Shown: positions 8,480 to 16,595 of the stretch, in pieces
How the letters are laid out: each line of letters opens with the position of its first letter
Numbering within the stretch: position 1 is the first letter of the stretch
Source: an uncultured Candidatus Saccharibacteria bacterium
Lineage (GTDB): Bacteria > Patescibacteriota > WWE3 > UBA101185 > UBA10185
Assembly (NCBI GenBank): GCA_964402525.1
Contig: CAYOCN010000001.1
Location: 18,162-44,016, forward strand
Direction of reading: 5' to 3'
Length of the DNA stretch: 25,855 bases
Notes under the pieces: generated by a model
What the model was told of the DNA's origin: nothing
What the model saw: the letters and a program-made list of their open reading frames with translations, nothing else
Database searches by the model: none
Program-made: the position numbers and the translations under genes

Positions 8480-10597
8480 TTATTGATCGGATTGTGGTGC
8501 TTCTAAGGCTTTTTTCGATAAGGCAATCTTGCCTTCTCTTTCTACTCTCAAAACCTTAACTTTAACAACATCGCCCATTTTGAACCACTCGTTGATATTT
8601 TCAACATAACGATCTGCTACTTCACTAATGTGTAATAAACCAGTTTTACCAGGTAAGATTTCAACAATGGCGCCAAAGTCTAATAAATCAATGACTGTAC
8701 CTTCATAAATTTCACCAGGTTTTACCTCGTGTGTAATACCTTCAACAATTTTTAGAGCTTCTTGAGCTTTTTCAATATCGGCACAAGAAATAACCACGGT
8801 ACCATCTTCTTCAATGGAAATTTCAGCGCCAGTTCTTTCTTGAATTTCTTTTATTGTTTTACCGCCACTACCTATTACCATACCAATTTTATCAGGATCA
8901 ATTTTTGTGGTTACAACTTTAGGTGCATACTTTGAGACAGTTTCTCTGGAAGTTGAAATAACTTTTTGCATTTCATCTAAAATAAATAATCTACCATCGC
9001 GTGATTGATTGATTACTTCTTCTAAAACGTGCATTGGCATTCCTTTTACCTTCATATCACATTGAATTGCAGTAACACCTGTTTTTGTACCAGTCATCTT
9101 AAAGTCCAAGAATCCACCACCATCTTCTTCACCAGATAAATCGGTTAATACTTTGTAATTGGTAAATTCATCGTCTGAAACAATTAATCCCATTGCAACA
9201 CCACCAACCATATCTTTAAGTGGAACACCGGCATCCATTAGTGCAAGGGTAGCACCACAAGTGGAAGCCATTGAAGACGAACCATTTGAAGAAACTGTTT
9301 CCGATACCAAAATAATAGTATATGGAAATTCTTTTTGTATTGGCATTACAGGTTTTAAACCTTTTTCAGCAATCATTCCGTGACCTATCTCACGACCTCT
9401 TGGGGAACCCATTTTTCCAACTTCACCAGTTGAATAAGGTGGGAAGTTGTAATAGTGCATAAATCTCTTGGATCTCTCACCATACATATCTTGAACTAAA
9501 AGTTCCATTGAGGGTGAACCTAATGTGGCAACAGTTAAAGCTTGGGTTGTCCCACGTGTGAATAAAGCACTTCCATGAGTTCTTGGAAGTAAATTGACCT
9601 TACCTGATATTGGTCTAACTTCTGTTAAACCTCTACCATCTAAACGTTTGTTTTCATCAAGTACAACGTGTCTAATAGATTCCTTTTCGAGATCCTCTAT
9701 AGCACGCACTATATCAACTTTTGTGTAAACACCATCAAACTTAGCAACAACCTCATCACGTAATAAAATCTTTTGTGCGTCAAGATCATGCTTACTTAAA
9801 GCCTGTTTAGTTAGTGCATCAACTTTATCCTTAGCCGCTTCGGAGACATCTTTTAAAAGCGTCTCGCCTAAAGCTCTTGATACATAAGTATATTTTTTTA
9901 TTCCGGGATTTAATTCATTAGCAAAATCTTCAATTAAAGCTAAAAGTGGATCAACGCTACCACGACCAAAATTTATTGCTTCCAATATTTTTGTTTCTGG
10001 TAATACGTTTGCACCAGCTTCAACAGCTAAAAATCTTTTTTCTTTTCCAACAAAGGAAACAATCATTTCAAGATCACTTTTGTCATGTAAAACTTCTCTT
10101 GAAGGACATAGCACAAGTTTTCCATCAACTAATCCAACTCTGGCAGTGGCCATAGGACCATACCAAGGAATATTTGAGGCGTGTAAAGCAGCAGAAACTG
10201 CAATCATGCTGGTAAATTCAGCGTCAGCTTCTTCATCAACAGATAATACAGTGGCTATTACTTGAACATCATCCATATAATCTTTTGGAAATAGTGGTCT
10301 TATTGCGTGGTCAATTGCTCTTTGAGCAATAATTGCATCATCAGTACCTCTTCCATCTCTTTTTACAAATCTTGAACTTTTGATGGAACCACTGGCGTAC
10401 AATTTTTCTTCATAATTTACGGTAAGTGGGAAAAAATCCTTATCTGGATTTGCATTTCCGGACACTGCTGTTACTAAAACAACTGTTTCACCATAGGTGG
10501 CTTTTACGGCCATAGTTGCTCTTAAAGCAATTTCTCCGGTTTCAAGCACCAAATTCTTTCCTGCAAAGGAAATTTCTTTTTTTACATATTTATTCAT
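8480..10597 (-). CDS. pnp: Polyribonucleotide nucleotidyltransferase (PNPase)
   Basis: DFFPLTVNYEEK, RLDGR, PRTHGSALFTRG, REIGHG, SNGSSSMAS, DFK, KH (IGSGGKTIKEI) and S1 (FGAIVEILPGKTGLLHISE) domains. Confidence 0.99.
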   Translation of the reverse strand: MNKYVKKEISFAGKNLVLETGEIALRATMAVKATYGETVVLVTAVSGNANPDKDFFPLTVNYEEKLYASGSIKSSRFVKRDGRGTDDAIIAQRAIDHAIRPLFPKDYMDDVQVIATVLSVDEEADAEFTSMIAVSAALHASNIPWYGPMATARVGLVDGKLVLCPSREVLHDKSDLEMIVSFVGKEKRFLAVEAGANVLPETKILEAINFGRGSVDPLLALIEDFANELNPGIKKYTYVSRALGETLLKDVSEAAKDKVDALTKQALSKHDLDAQKILLRDEVVAKFDGVYTKVDIVRAIEDLEKESIRHVVLDENKRLDGRGLTEVRPISGKVNLLPRTHGSALFTRGTTQALTVATLGSPSMELLVQDMYGERSKRFMHYYNFPPYSTGEVGKMGSPRGREIGHGMIAEKGLKPVMPIQKEFPYTIILVSETVSSNGSSSMASTCGATLALMDAGVPLKDMVGGVAMGLIVSDDEFTNYKVLTDLSGEEDGGGFLDFKMTGTKTGVTAIQCDMKVKGMPMHVLEEVINQSRDGRLFILDEMQKVISTSRETVSKYAPKVVTTKIDPDKIGMVIGSGGKTIKEIQERTGAEISIEEDGTVVISCADIEKAQEALKIVEGITHEVKPGEIYEGTVIDLLDFGAIVEILPGKTGLLHISEVADRYVENINEWFKMGDVVKVKVLRVEREGKIALSKKALEAPQSDQ

Positions 10598-10607
10598 TTT
10601 TTAATTA

Positions 10608-10715
10608 TAGGAAAAATTTTATAAGAAGACTAAGAGTTGAAATACTATGCACTTCTACGTCAAGAATGCACACTAGCCCAATCCTTAATACTTCTAAGGT
10701 ATAAAATCTTCCCTA
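10608..10715 (-). promoter_or_regulatory. Long multibranch stem-loop in the rpsO-pnp intergenic region (putative pnp leader)
   Basis: 16-bp outer helix (10700-10715 with 10608-10623, two G-U pairs on the minus RNA) enclosing hairpins 10683-10699 and 10646-10672. Confidence 0.7.
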
Positions 10716-10746
10716 ATCCTTAACTTTTCAATTAATTACTTACTAC

Positions 10747-11016
10747 TTACTTATTAAACTCAACTTTTTCAAGTAAAGCTTGGTATCTTTCGGCATCTTT
10801 ATTCTTCAAGTAAGCTAAAAGGCGTCTTCTTTTATTGACCATTTGAAGTAGTCCTCTTCTAGAGTGATTATCCTTTTTGTGAGCTTTTAGGTGATCTGAT
10901 AATTTGGCAATTCTTTCACTTAATAAAGCCACTTGTACTTCTGGAGAACCAGTATCCGAAGCGTGTAACCCACTAGTTTTAACTATTTTAGATTTTACTG
11001 CTTTTTCTAATGCCAT
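10747..11016 (-). CDS. rpsO: 30S ribosomal protein S15
   Basis: [16 protein letters not shown]...[29 protein letters not shown]; start placed at the ATG at 11016 (89 aa). Confidence 0.99.
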   Translation of the reverse strand: MALEKAVKSKIVKTSGLHASDTGSPEVQVALLSERIAKLSDHLKAHKKDNHSRRGLLQMVNKRRRLLAYLKNKDAERYQALLEKVEFNK

Positions 11017-11026
11017 AAACAACCGA

Positions 11027-11046
11027 AATCTTAACAAACTAAGATT
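11027..11046 (-). promoter_or_regulatory. 8-bp hairpin 10 nt upstream of the rpsO ATG (possible S15 autoregulatory leader or weak terminator)
   Basis: Minus RNA AAUCUUAG(UUUG)UUAAGAUU, flanked on both sides by GGUUG. Confidence 0.35.
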
Positions 11047-11059
11047 AAAAAATCAACCT

Positions 11060-11761
11060 TTATTCTACGTTACGGCACAAAACACCGGTCAATAGGGCTT
11101 TTGCAGCCTTTTTGTTAATTTTTAAATCCCAAAAGTTAGATTTTTGCAACACTAGCAATGAAAGACTGTCTGCGTATTCATCGATAATGTTAACAAGACC
11201 AAATTTAGTATTTTTTTGTACGTTATCTATATTTATAATTTGAGATCCAGCAAACTCTTGAGCAAGATCAGTATATACCTGTCCAAAATCCCCTAATTCT
11301 TGAGCACCGACTGCAAGTATAAGATCATAATCAAAACCTTTTATAGAGGCTCCTACACGGCTTAAATCAAAGTTTTTGTCTATAGGACGAACCTTTAGAT
11401 ATAAAACATCCTTTTCAGTTGAATAATGAACTTTGGCGGCTGGGGTATTGGAATAATCAATAGAAACCATGAGTTCTCGTTCTGCAATATCGGCTGTCAC
11501 ATCTTCAGGAGCAATTAAATCAGCACAACCATCGGGAAGTTGGCCGGTATATACAAAACTCACATCTTTACCTTTTTCCTTCAACATGTGGTATAAACCC
11601 ACACCTGCAGAAAACGCATCTTTTCCCGCTATTTTAGAAGGAAATATAGCTATTCTTTTAGCACCTTCTACTAATTCAAAAAATCTTACATCACTATTTG
11701 ATTTAAAGCTTGTTGTGACGTCTGTATATTCAGTTGTGTTTTGCATTGTGTGTTCGTTCAT
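11060..11761 (-). CDS. Degenerate DHH/NrnA-like protein (N-terminal domain only, metal ligands lost)
   Basis: AKRIAIF...KDAFSAGVGLYHML, DLILAVGA, IINIDNV, SLSLLV, AAKALLTGV follow the DHH motif order. Occupies the usual nrnA slot after infB. Alternative start at 11746. Confidence 0.75.
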   Translation of the reverse strand: MNEHTMQNTTEYTDVTTSFKSNSDVRFFELVEGAKRIAIFPSKIAGKDAFSAGVGLYHMLKEKGKDVSFVYTGQLPDGCADLIAPEDVTADIAERELMVSIDYSNTPAAKVHYSTEKDVLYLKVRPIDKNFDLSRVGASIKGFDYDLILAVGAQELGDFGQVYTDLAQEFAGSQIINIDNVQKNTKFGLVNIIDEYADSLSLLVLQKSNFWDLKINKKAAKALLTGVLCRNVE

Positions 11762-11792
11762 AAAATTAGGAATAATTTAGGAGGATTAAGGG

Positions 11793-11821
11793 ATTGTATA
11801 ACAATTCGATAATGCTGTCAA
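11793..11821 (-). promoter_or_regulatory. Near-consensus sigma70 promoter TTGACA-N17-TACAAT for DHH-rpsO-pnp
   Basis: -35 at 11816-11821, -10 at 11793-11798, 17-nt spacer. Confidence 0.8.
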
Positions 11822-11838
11822 ATGGGGAAAAGTGAGTA

Positions 11839-13329
11839 TTATTTTACTTCAATCCACATATCAGGTTGAATATCTAAAAATATAGGTTTTAAAAGCACGC
11901 CACACTCATTATCCTTACCCACAACAGCAACTTCATCTTTACCTTGGCGTAATCTTTTAATAGAACCACGATAAATAGGTTCATCTTTTTCTGTAATATC
12001 AGCAGGATCTTTAGCATAAATAGCCACACGAGCATTTGGTTTTAAAGCTCCAGCTATAACTTTTGAACCAACAATCAAATCTCCGGAAGCAAGTTTAAAT
12101 ATTTGAATAACTTTAGCTCTACCTTTTATCTTTTTCTCTTCACTAATAGCTTTTCCTTCTAAGAGGTTCTTGGCATCATCGATAAGTTCGTAAATTGCTT
12201 TATAAGATTTAATTGGAATGTTGTGGGTATCGGAAAATTCAGCTATCGATGGAGAAACTTTTACATTAAAACCTAAAACCACACCTTTGGTACTTTGAGC
12301 TAGCATAGCATCGGATTCAGTAATATCTCCAGTGGAACAGTGTAAAAATTTAAGTGCAAAACTAGCACCCACTGAAGAACTTACTAAATCGGCCAAACAA
12401 CTCTTAACAGCTTCAAGTGTTCCTTGTGTATCAGCCTTTAATACCACAGCAATAGTTTTCTTAGCATTTTTGCCAATTATTTCTACACGATTTTCATCAA
12501 CAGCTAATTCAGCTAATTCACTACCAATAGTTAAAATTAAGTCACCAACGTTTGGAACTTTACTAAATCCAAGAATTTCCACAGGTTTTGAAGGTCCAGC
12601 TTCTGTTACCATAGCACCCTTATCGTCCATTATTGATTTAACCTTACATTCCCCGCCACTAGCAGAAACCTTGTCACCAATGTGTAACGTGCCGTTCTTG
12701 ATAATACAAGAAACAATTACACCTTTTTGTCTATCTAAACGAGATTCAACAATTGTAGCTTCCAATTCACCTTTGGGATCAGCACGTAATTCAGCAAGTT
12801 CAGCAACGAGTAAGATGGCATCTAATAAACCATCCATATTTTTGTTTTCTTTAGCTGATACTTCAACACTAATTACATCCCCACCCCAGTCTTCAACCAA
12901 AATATTATGTTGAGCGAGTTCTTGTTTTACTTTTTGGGAATTAGCACCAACTTTATCGATTTTATTGATGGCTACAATAATTGGAACGCCGGCTGCTTTT
13001 GCATGAGAAATGGCTTCAACTGTTTGAGGCTTAACACCTTCATCAGCTGCCACTACTAAAACAACGATATCAGCAGCTTTTCCACCACGTGATCTCATTT
13101 GAGTAAACGCAGCATGACCTGGTGTATCAATAAATGTTATTTTCTTTGAATTATGTTCTATTTGGTATGCACCTATGTGTTGGGTTATTCCACCATATTC
13201 TTTATCAACAACGTGGGCATGTCTTAGAGTATCTAAAATAGAGGTTTTACCATGGTCAACATGTCCCATAATTGTGACCACTGGAGGACGAAAATATTCA
13301 ATTTTAGTATCTTGTCCTGTTTTTTCCAT
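11839..13329 (-). CDS. infB: Translation initiation factor IF-2, minimal (no N-terminal extension)
   Basis: RPPVVTIMGHVDHGKTS, FIDTPGHAAF, NKID, KADTQGTLEA, ECG; 496 aa. Confidence 0.98.
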   Translation of the reverse strand: MEKTGQDTKIEYFRPPVVTIMGHVDHGKTSILDTLRHAHVVDKEYGGITQHIGAYQIEHNSKKITFIDTPGHAAFTQMRSRGGKAADIVVLVVAADEGVKPQTVEAISHAKAAGVPIIVAINKIDKVGANSQKVKQELAQHNILVEDWGGDVISVEVSAKENKNMDGLLDAILLVAELAELRADPKGELEATIVESRLDRQKGVIVSCIIKNGTLHIGDKVSASGGECKVKSIMDDKGAMVTEAGPSKPVEILGFSKVPNVGDLILTIGSELAELAVDENRVEIIGKNAKKTIAVVLKADTQGTLEAVKSCLADLVSSSVGASFALKFLHCSTGDITESDAMLAQSTKGVVLGFNVKVSPSIAEFSDTHNIPIKSYKAIYELIDDAKNLLEGKAISEEKKIKGRAKVIQIFKLASGDLIVGSKVIAGALKPNARVAIYAKDPADITEKDEPIYRGSIKRLRQGKDEVAVVGKDNECGVLLKPIFLDIQPDMWIEVK

Positions 13330-13347
13330 TTTAGTTTAATACCCATA

Positions 13348-14562
13348 TTAGGATAAAGGTTCTTTTACTTCTTCAGGTCGCTGCTCAATTGATTCAGCAG
13401 CGGAGTCATCCGCAGATGCTTCTTCAGTTTTTGCAGCAGCGGCGGCAGCAGCTTCTTCAATATCTTTTTTCTCTTTTTCTTCTTTAGTATGTTTAATATT
13501 TTTAATATTTTTATCCCAAATACCAACTACTTTAGCATTAGCTGCTTTAGAAGAACGTGATTTGTCAGCAGAGGCACCGTCGGATTTATCATCGCTATAC
13601 AATCCTTCAGCACTTTTAATATCAATTTTCCATTTTGTAAGTTTGTTAGCCAATCTAGCGTTTTGACCTTCTTTTCCAATAGCTAAGCTTTGTTGATCTT
13701 CTGGAACTGAAACTACAGCTCTTTTGTCTTCTTCAAATATTTCAACTTCTGTAACCTTTGCAGGTGACAAACTTGAAGCAATAAATTTCTCTACAGTATT
13801 TGAGAAAGGAACAATATCGATTTTTTCACCAAACAATTCAGCAATTATAGATTGGACACGAACACCTTTTTGTCCAACACAACTACCAACTGGATCAACT
13901 TTATCGTCTTTTGAATGAACAGCCATTTTGGTTCTAGAACCAGCCTCACGTGCAATTGCAGAAACAGTAACAACACCAGAAGCAATCTCAGGAACTTCTT
14001 GTTCAAATAGTTTAATTACAAAATCTGCATCAGATCTACTAACAATAATTTCAGTACCTTTTGGTCCCATTCTCACATCTTTTACTAAAACCTTAAGTCT
14101 TTGGTTAATTCTGTAGCTTTCTGTTTGAACTTGTTCTTGAGGAGGCATTATTCCTTGAGCATGAGATTTTCCTAAATCTAAAATAATAAGACCACCTTCC
14201 ATTCTAAAAATGTGGCCAGAAACAATTTCTCCAATTTTTGATTTAAATTCTTTAATAATTTGTTCTTTTTCAGTTTCACGAATTTTTTGCAAAATTACTT
14301 GTTTAGCGGTTTGAGCAGCAATACGCCCAAAACCTGCAGGGGTAACGTCTACCAAATCTTTTATAATATTAACTTCACCTGATTCGGAATTTAATTTAGC
14401 AACAATTCCTTCAGAATCGTCAATATCTTCACCGTTTTCTTTTCTATCTTTTTTATACGCAGTTACTAGAGCCTCTTTTATAGACTCTATAATGTTTTCT
14501 ACAGGTATTCCACGTTCTGTGGCTACCTGGTTTAAAGCCGAACTAAATTCTGTTATTGCCAT
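13348..14562 (-). CDS. nusA: Transcription termination/antitermination factor NusA with low-complexity acidic/Ala C-tail
   Basis: FGRIAAQTAKQVILQKIRE, IAREAGSRTKMAV, CVGQKGVRV, AIGKEGQNARLANKLT. Start placed at the ATG at 14562. Confidence 0.98.
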   Translation of the reverse strand: MAITEFSSALNQVATERGIPVENIIESIKEALVTAYKKDRKENGEDIDDSEGIVAKLNSESGEVNIIKDLVDVTPAGFGRIAAQTAKQVILQKIRETEKEQIIKEFKSKIGEIVSGHIFRMEGGLIILDLGKSHAQGIMPPQEQVQTESYRINQRLKVLVKDVRMGPKGTEIIVSRSDADFVIKLFEQEVPEIASGVVTVSAIAREAGSRTKMAVHSKDDKVDPVGSCVGQKGVRVQSIIAELFGEKIDIVPFSNTVEKFIASSLSPAKVTEVEIFEEDKRAVVSVPEDQQSLAIGKEGQNARLANKLTKWKIDIKSAEGLYSDDKSDGASADKSRSSKAANAKVVGIWDKNIKNIKHTKEEKEKKDIEEAAAAAAAKTEEASADDSAAESIEQRPEEVKEPLS

Positions 14563-14574
14563 AATATTTCTAAC

Positions 14575-14597
14575 AAAAAAGTGGGTCATGCCCACTT
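14575..14597 (-). terminator. Intrinsic terminator/attenuator in the nusA 5' leader
   Basis: Minus RNA AAGUGGG(CAUGA)CCCACUU-UUUU, located between the promoter and the nusA ATG. Confidence 0.75.
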
Positions 14598-14615
14598 AAA
14601 ACTTAATACCTCTTA

Positions 14616-14645
14616 AATATACCAGTGTTAGAGTATCATTTGCAA
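14616..14645 (-). promoter_or_regulatory. sigma70 promoter for nusA-infB: TTGCAA-N18-(TGG)TATATT
   Basis: -35 at 14640-14645, extended -10 at 14616-14624. Confidence 0.6.
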
Positions 14646-14688
14646 CAGATAAAGGCAAATCCAATTGATCATATATAATGAAATGGTT

Positions 14689-15603
14689 ATGAAAGAAACA
14701 AAGTTTTTTGAACGAATAAGTAGAATCTTTAATACAACTGAAGAAATAAGTAAAGAAATCCTTAGTAGACCAAGGAAAAGCTCGTTTAGGATAAATACTT
14801 TAAAAACTCAAAATATTGAAGAAATAGCAAAATTAACCAAAATTATACCTATAAAGTGGTGTCAAAATGCTTTTAATATAGAAGGTGATAAATCTTTATT
14901 AGTGGCAAGTGACGTTTTTAAAAATTCAGAAATATATATTCAAAATGCATCAAGTTTAATACCACCTTTAGTATTAGAACCCAAGGAAAATGACGTGGTT
15001 TTGGATATGTGCGCCGCTCCAGGAGGAAAAACCATTCATATTGCAAATATAACTAACAATAATGCCTTTTTGTATATTAACGAAAACGACAATAGACGCT
15101 TGAAAAATTTAACGGAGGTACTATCAACGCATAACGTAAAAATTGTTCATTGTTTTAACCAACCAGCCCAATTTTTACACAAATATACCAATCAAAAATT
15201 CGACAAAATATTACTAGACGCCCCTTGTAGTGGTGAAGGAATGATTGATTTTACAAAGAAAAACCCTCTAGTGTACTGGAGTACAGACAAAATTAAAAAA
15301 CTTAGTTTTGTCCAAAAAACTATGTTAAAAACCGCTTACGAAATGCTTAATCCAGGAGGGGTTTTGGTCTATTCAACATGTACATTTGCCCCAGAGGAAA
15401 ATGAAGAAGTAATAGACTATGGAATTAAAACTTTGGAAGACTTGACCGTGGAACCAATAAACATAGATATATCAAATATAAAAACACCGATAATACAGTG
15501 GAATAACAAAAACTTTGATAATAATGTATTAAAAGCAATAAGAGTAACCCCAACAGAATTTATGGAAGGGTTCTTTGTGTGTAAAATAAAAAAAGGTATT
15601 TAA
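14689..15603 (+). CDS. RsmB/RsmF/NOL1-family RNA m5C methyltransferase (catalytic core, no C-terminal PUA domains)
   Basis: SFRINTLK, YIQNASS, DMCAAPGGKT, ILLDAPCSGEG, YSTCTFAPEENE, EGFFVCKI. Start uncertain (14683 or 14689); TATAAT at 14674-14679. Confidence 0.93.
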   Translation: MKETKFFERISRIFNTTEEISKEILSRPRKSSFRINTLKTQNIEEIAKLTKIIPIKWCQNAFNIEGDKSLLVASDVFKNSEIYIQNASSLIPPLVLEPKENDVVLDMCAAPGGKTIHIANITNNNAFLYINENDNRRLKNLTEVLSTHNVKIVHCFNQPAQFLHKYTNQKFDKILLDAPCSGEGMIDFTKKNPLVYWSTDKIKKLSFVQKTMLKTAYEMLNPGGVLVYSTCTFAPEENEEVIDYGIKTLEDLTVEPINIDISNIKTPIIQWNNKNFDNNVLKAIRVTPTEFMEGFFVCKIKKGI

Positions 15604-16505
15604 GCGGTTAAATACTCTTCAAGCAATTGTTTTTGCTTTTTGGATATCTTCTTTGGAATTGCTAAATTAACTTGTACAAGAACATCTCCTTGAGTTGTAG
15701 CGTGTAATTTTGGCATTCCTTTACCTTTTACCAAAAATCTCATACCTGGTTGAGTACCGGCTGGGATTTTTAGTTGTGTGTGAGAAATACCAGAAGTTGA
15801 ATGTAAATCAACCACAGGAATGTCGACAGTACCACCCAAAGTGGCTATTACAAAATCAATATCTTTAGTTACAAAAATATTTTCTCGGGAAATATCAAAC
15901 TCTCGAGGAGATTTGTAATGTAGGGTTAAAAACAAATCACCTGCAGGAGTTCCCTGAGGACCGGGCATACCCTTACCAGGAAAACGCATTTCAGCACCAT
16001 CGTGAACACCTTGAGGAATCTTTATAGATAATTTACCACTTTCAATGTTTACTTCTTTTTCTAAACCAAACACAGCATCTCTAAATTCAATTTGCATTTC
16101 ATAATAAAGATTTTTTCCTCTTCTTGGAGTACGAGAACCTCCAAAGCCACGAGAACCAAAAATACTTTCAAAAACGTCAAAAGGATCGAATCCTTCAAAA
16201 CCTTCACCAAAAGGATTAGCACCCGATGCAGAACTCCACTGACCTTGAAAACCATTATTACCACCACCTGCATTAAATCCAGTACCAGCGTGACCGTACG
16301 TATCGTACATTTTTCTTTTTTGAGGATCACTTAAAACTTGATAGGCTTCATTTATTTCTTTAAAGCGAGTTTCAGCTTGCTTTTTGTCACCATCACCTAC
16401 CATGTCAGGATGATGAGATTTAGCTAATTTTTTATAAGCTTGCTTTACTTCTTCAGCAGTGGCACTTTTTGAAATATCTAAAGTATCGTAATAGTCTTTT
16501 GACAT
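15600..16505 (-). CDS. Class II (B-type) J-domain chaperone, DnaJ/CbpA-like, no zinc finger
   Basis: KDYYDTL, HPD motif, FKEINEAYQVLSDP, G/F-rich region, KIPQGV..G...GDL C-terminal domains; no CxxCxGxG repeats. Confidence 0.93.
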   Translation of the reverse strand: MSKDYYDTLDISKSATAEEVKQAYKKLAKSHHPDMVGDGDKKQAETRFKEINEAYQVLSDPQKRKMYDTYGHAGTGFNAGGGNNGFQGQWSSASGANPFGEGFEGFDPFDVFESIFGSRGFGGSRTPRRGKNLYYEMQIEFRDAVFGLEKEVNIESGKLSIKIPQGVHDGAEMRFPGKGMPGPQGTPAGDLFLTLHYKSPREFDISRENIFVTKDIDFVIATLGGTVDIPVVDLHSTSGISHTQLKIPAGTQPGMRFLVKGKGMPKLHATTQGDVLVQVNLAIPKKISKKQKQLLEEYLTA

Positions 16506-16511
16506 AGGAAT

Positions 16512-16520
16512 ATTTTAACA
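16512..16520 (-). promoter_or_regulatory. Extended -10 TGTTAAAAT, 6 nt before the dnaJ-like ATG (leaderless candidate)
   Basis: Minus strand TGT-TAAAAT-ATTCCT-ATG. Confidence 0.6.
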
Positions 16521-16524
16521 CAGT

Positions 16525-16588
16525 AAAAACGCGCGGGACCCCACCTTCGCGCAAAGGTAGGGTCCAATTTTCGGATCCCAATAGGGTC
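16525..16588 (-). terminator. GC-rich structured element after hup (terminator and/or switchable hairpins)
   Basis: 13-bp stem GGACCCUACCUUU(GCGC)GAAGGUGGGGUCC, then CGCGCG-UUUUU; direct repeat TAGGGTC at 16558-16564 and 16582-16588. Confidence 0.65.
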
Positions 16589-16595
16589 AAACTAA

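Noticed and set aside
9370-9420. PNPase GSPRGREIGHG instead of GSPKRREIGHG, and DGGGFLDFK instead of DHLGDMDFK
   Set aside because: Residues equivalent to D486, D492, K494, H403 and the SNGSSS motif are kept; probably ordinary divergence.
11062-11092. TTGACC...TAGAAT internal rpsO promoter
   Set aside because: The spacer is 19 nt, too long to call with confidence.
7773-11095. Short ORFs 7773-8003, 9159-9383, 9946-10155, 10080-10265, 10516-10704, 10904-11095
   Set aside because: Nested in or antisense to well-supported genes; no motifs or start signals.
13380-13460. Poly-Ala/acidic NusA tail as a repeat element
   Set aside because: Low-complexity disordered tail with mixed codons; common and not a DNA repeat.
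11469-14116. Plus-strand ORFs 11469-11780, 12332-12913 (193 aa), 13724-13918, 13928-14116
   Set aside because: Antisense in-register shadows of DHH, infB and nusA; Ser/Thr/Ile-rich composition typical of reverse-complement frames.
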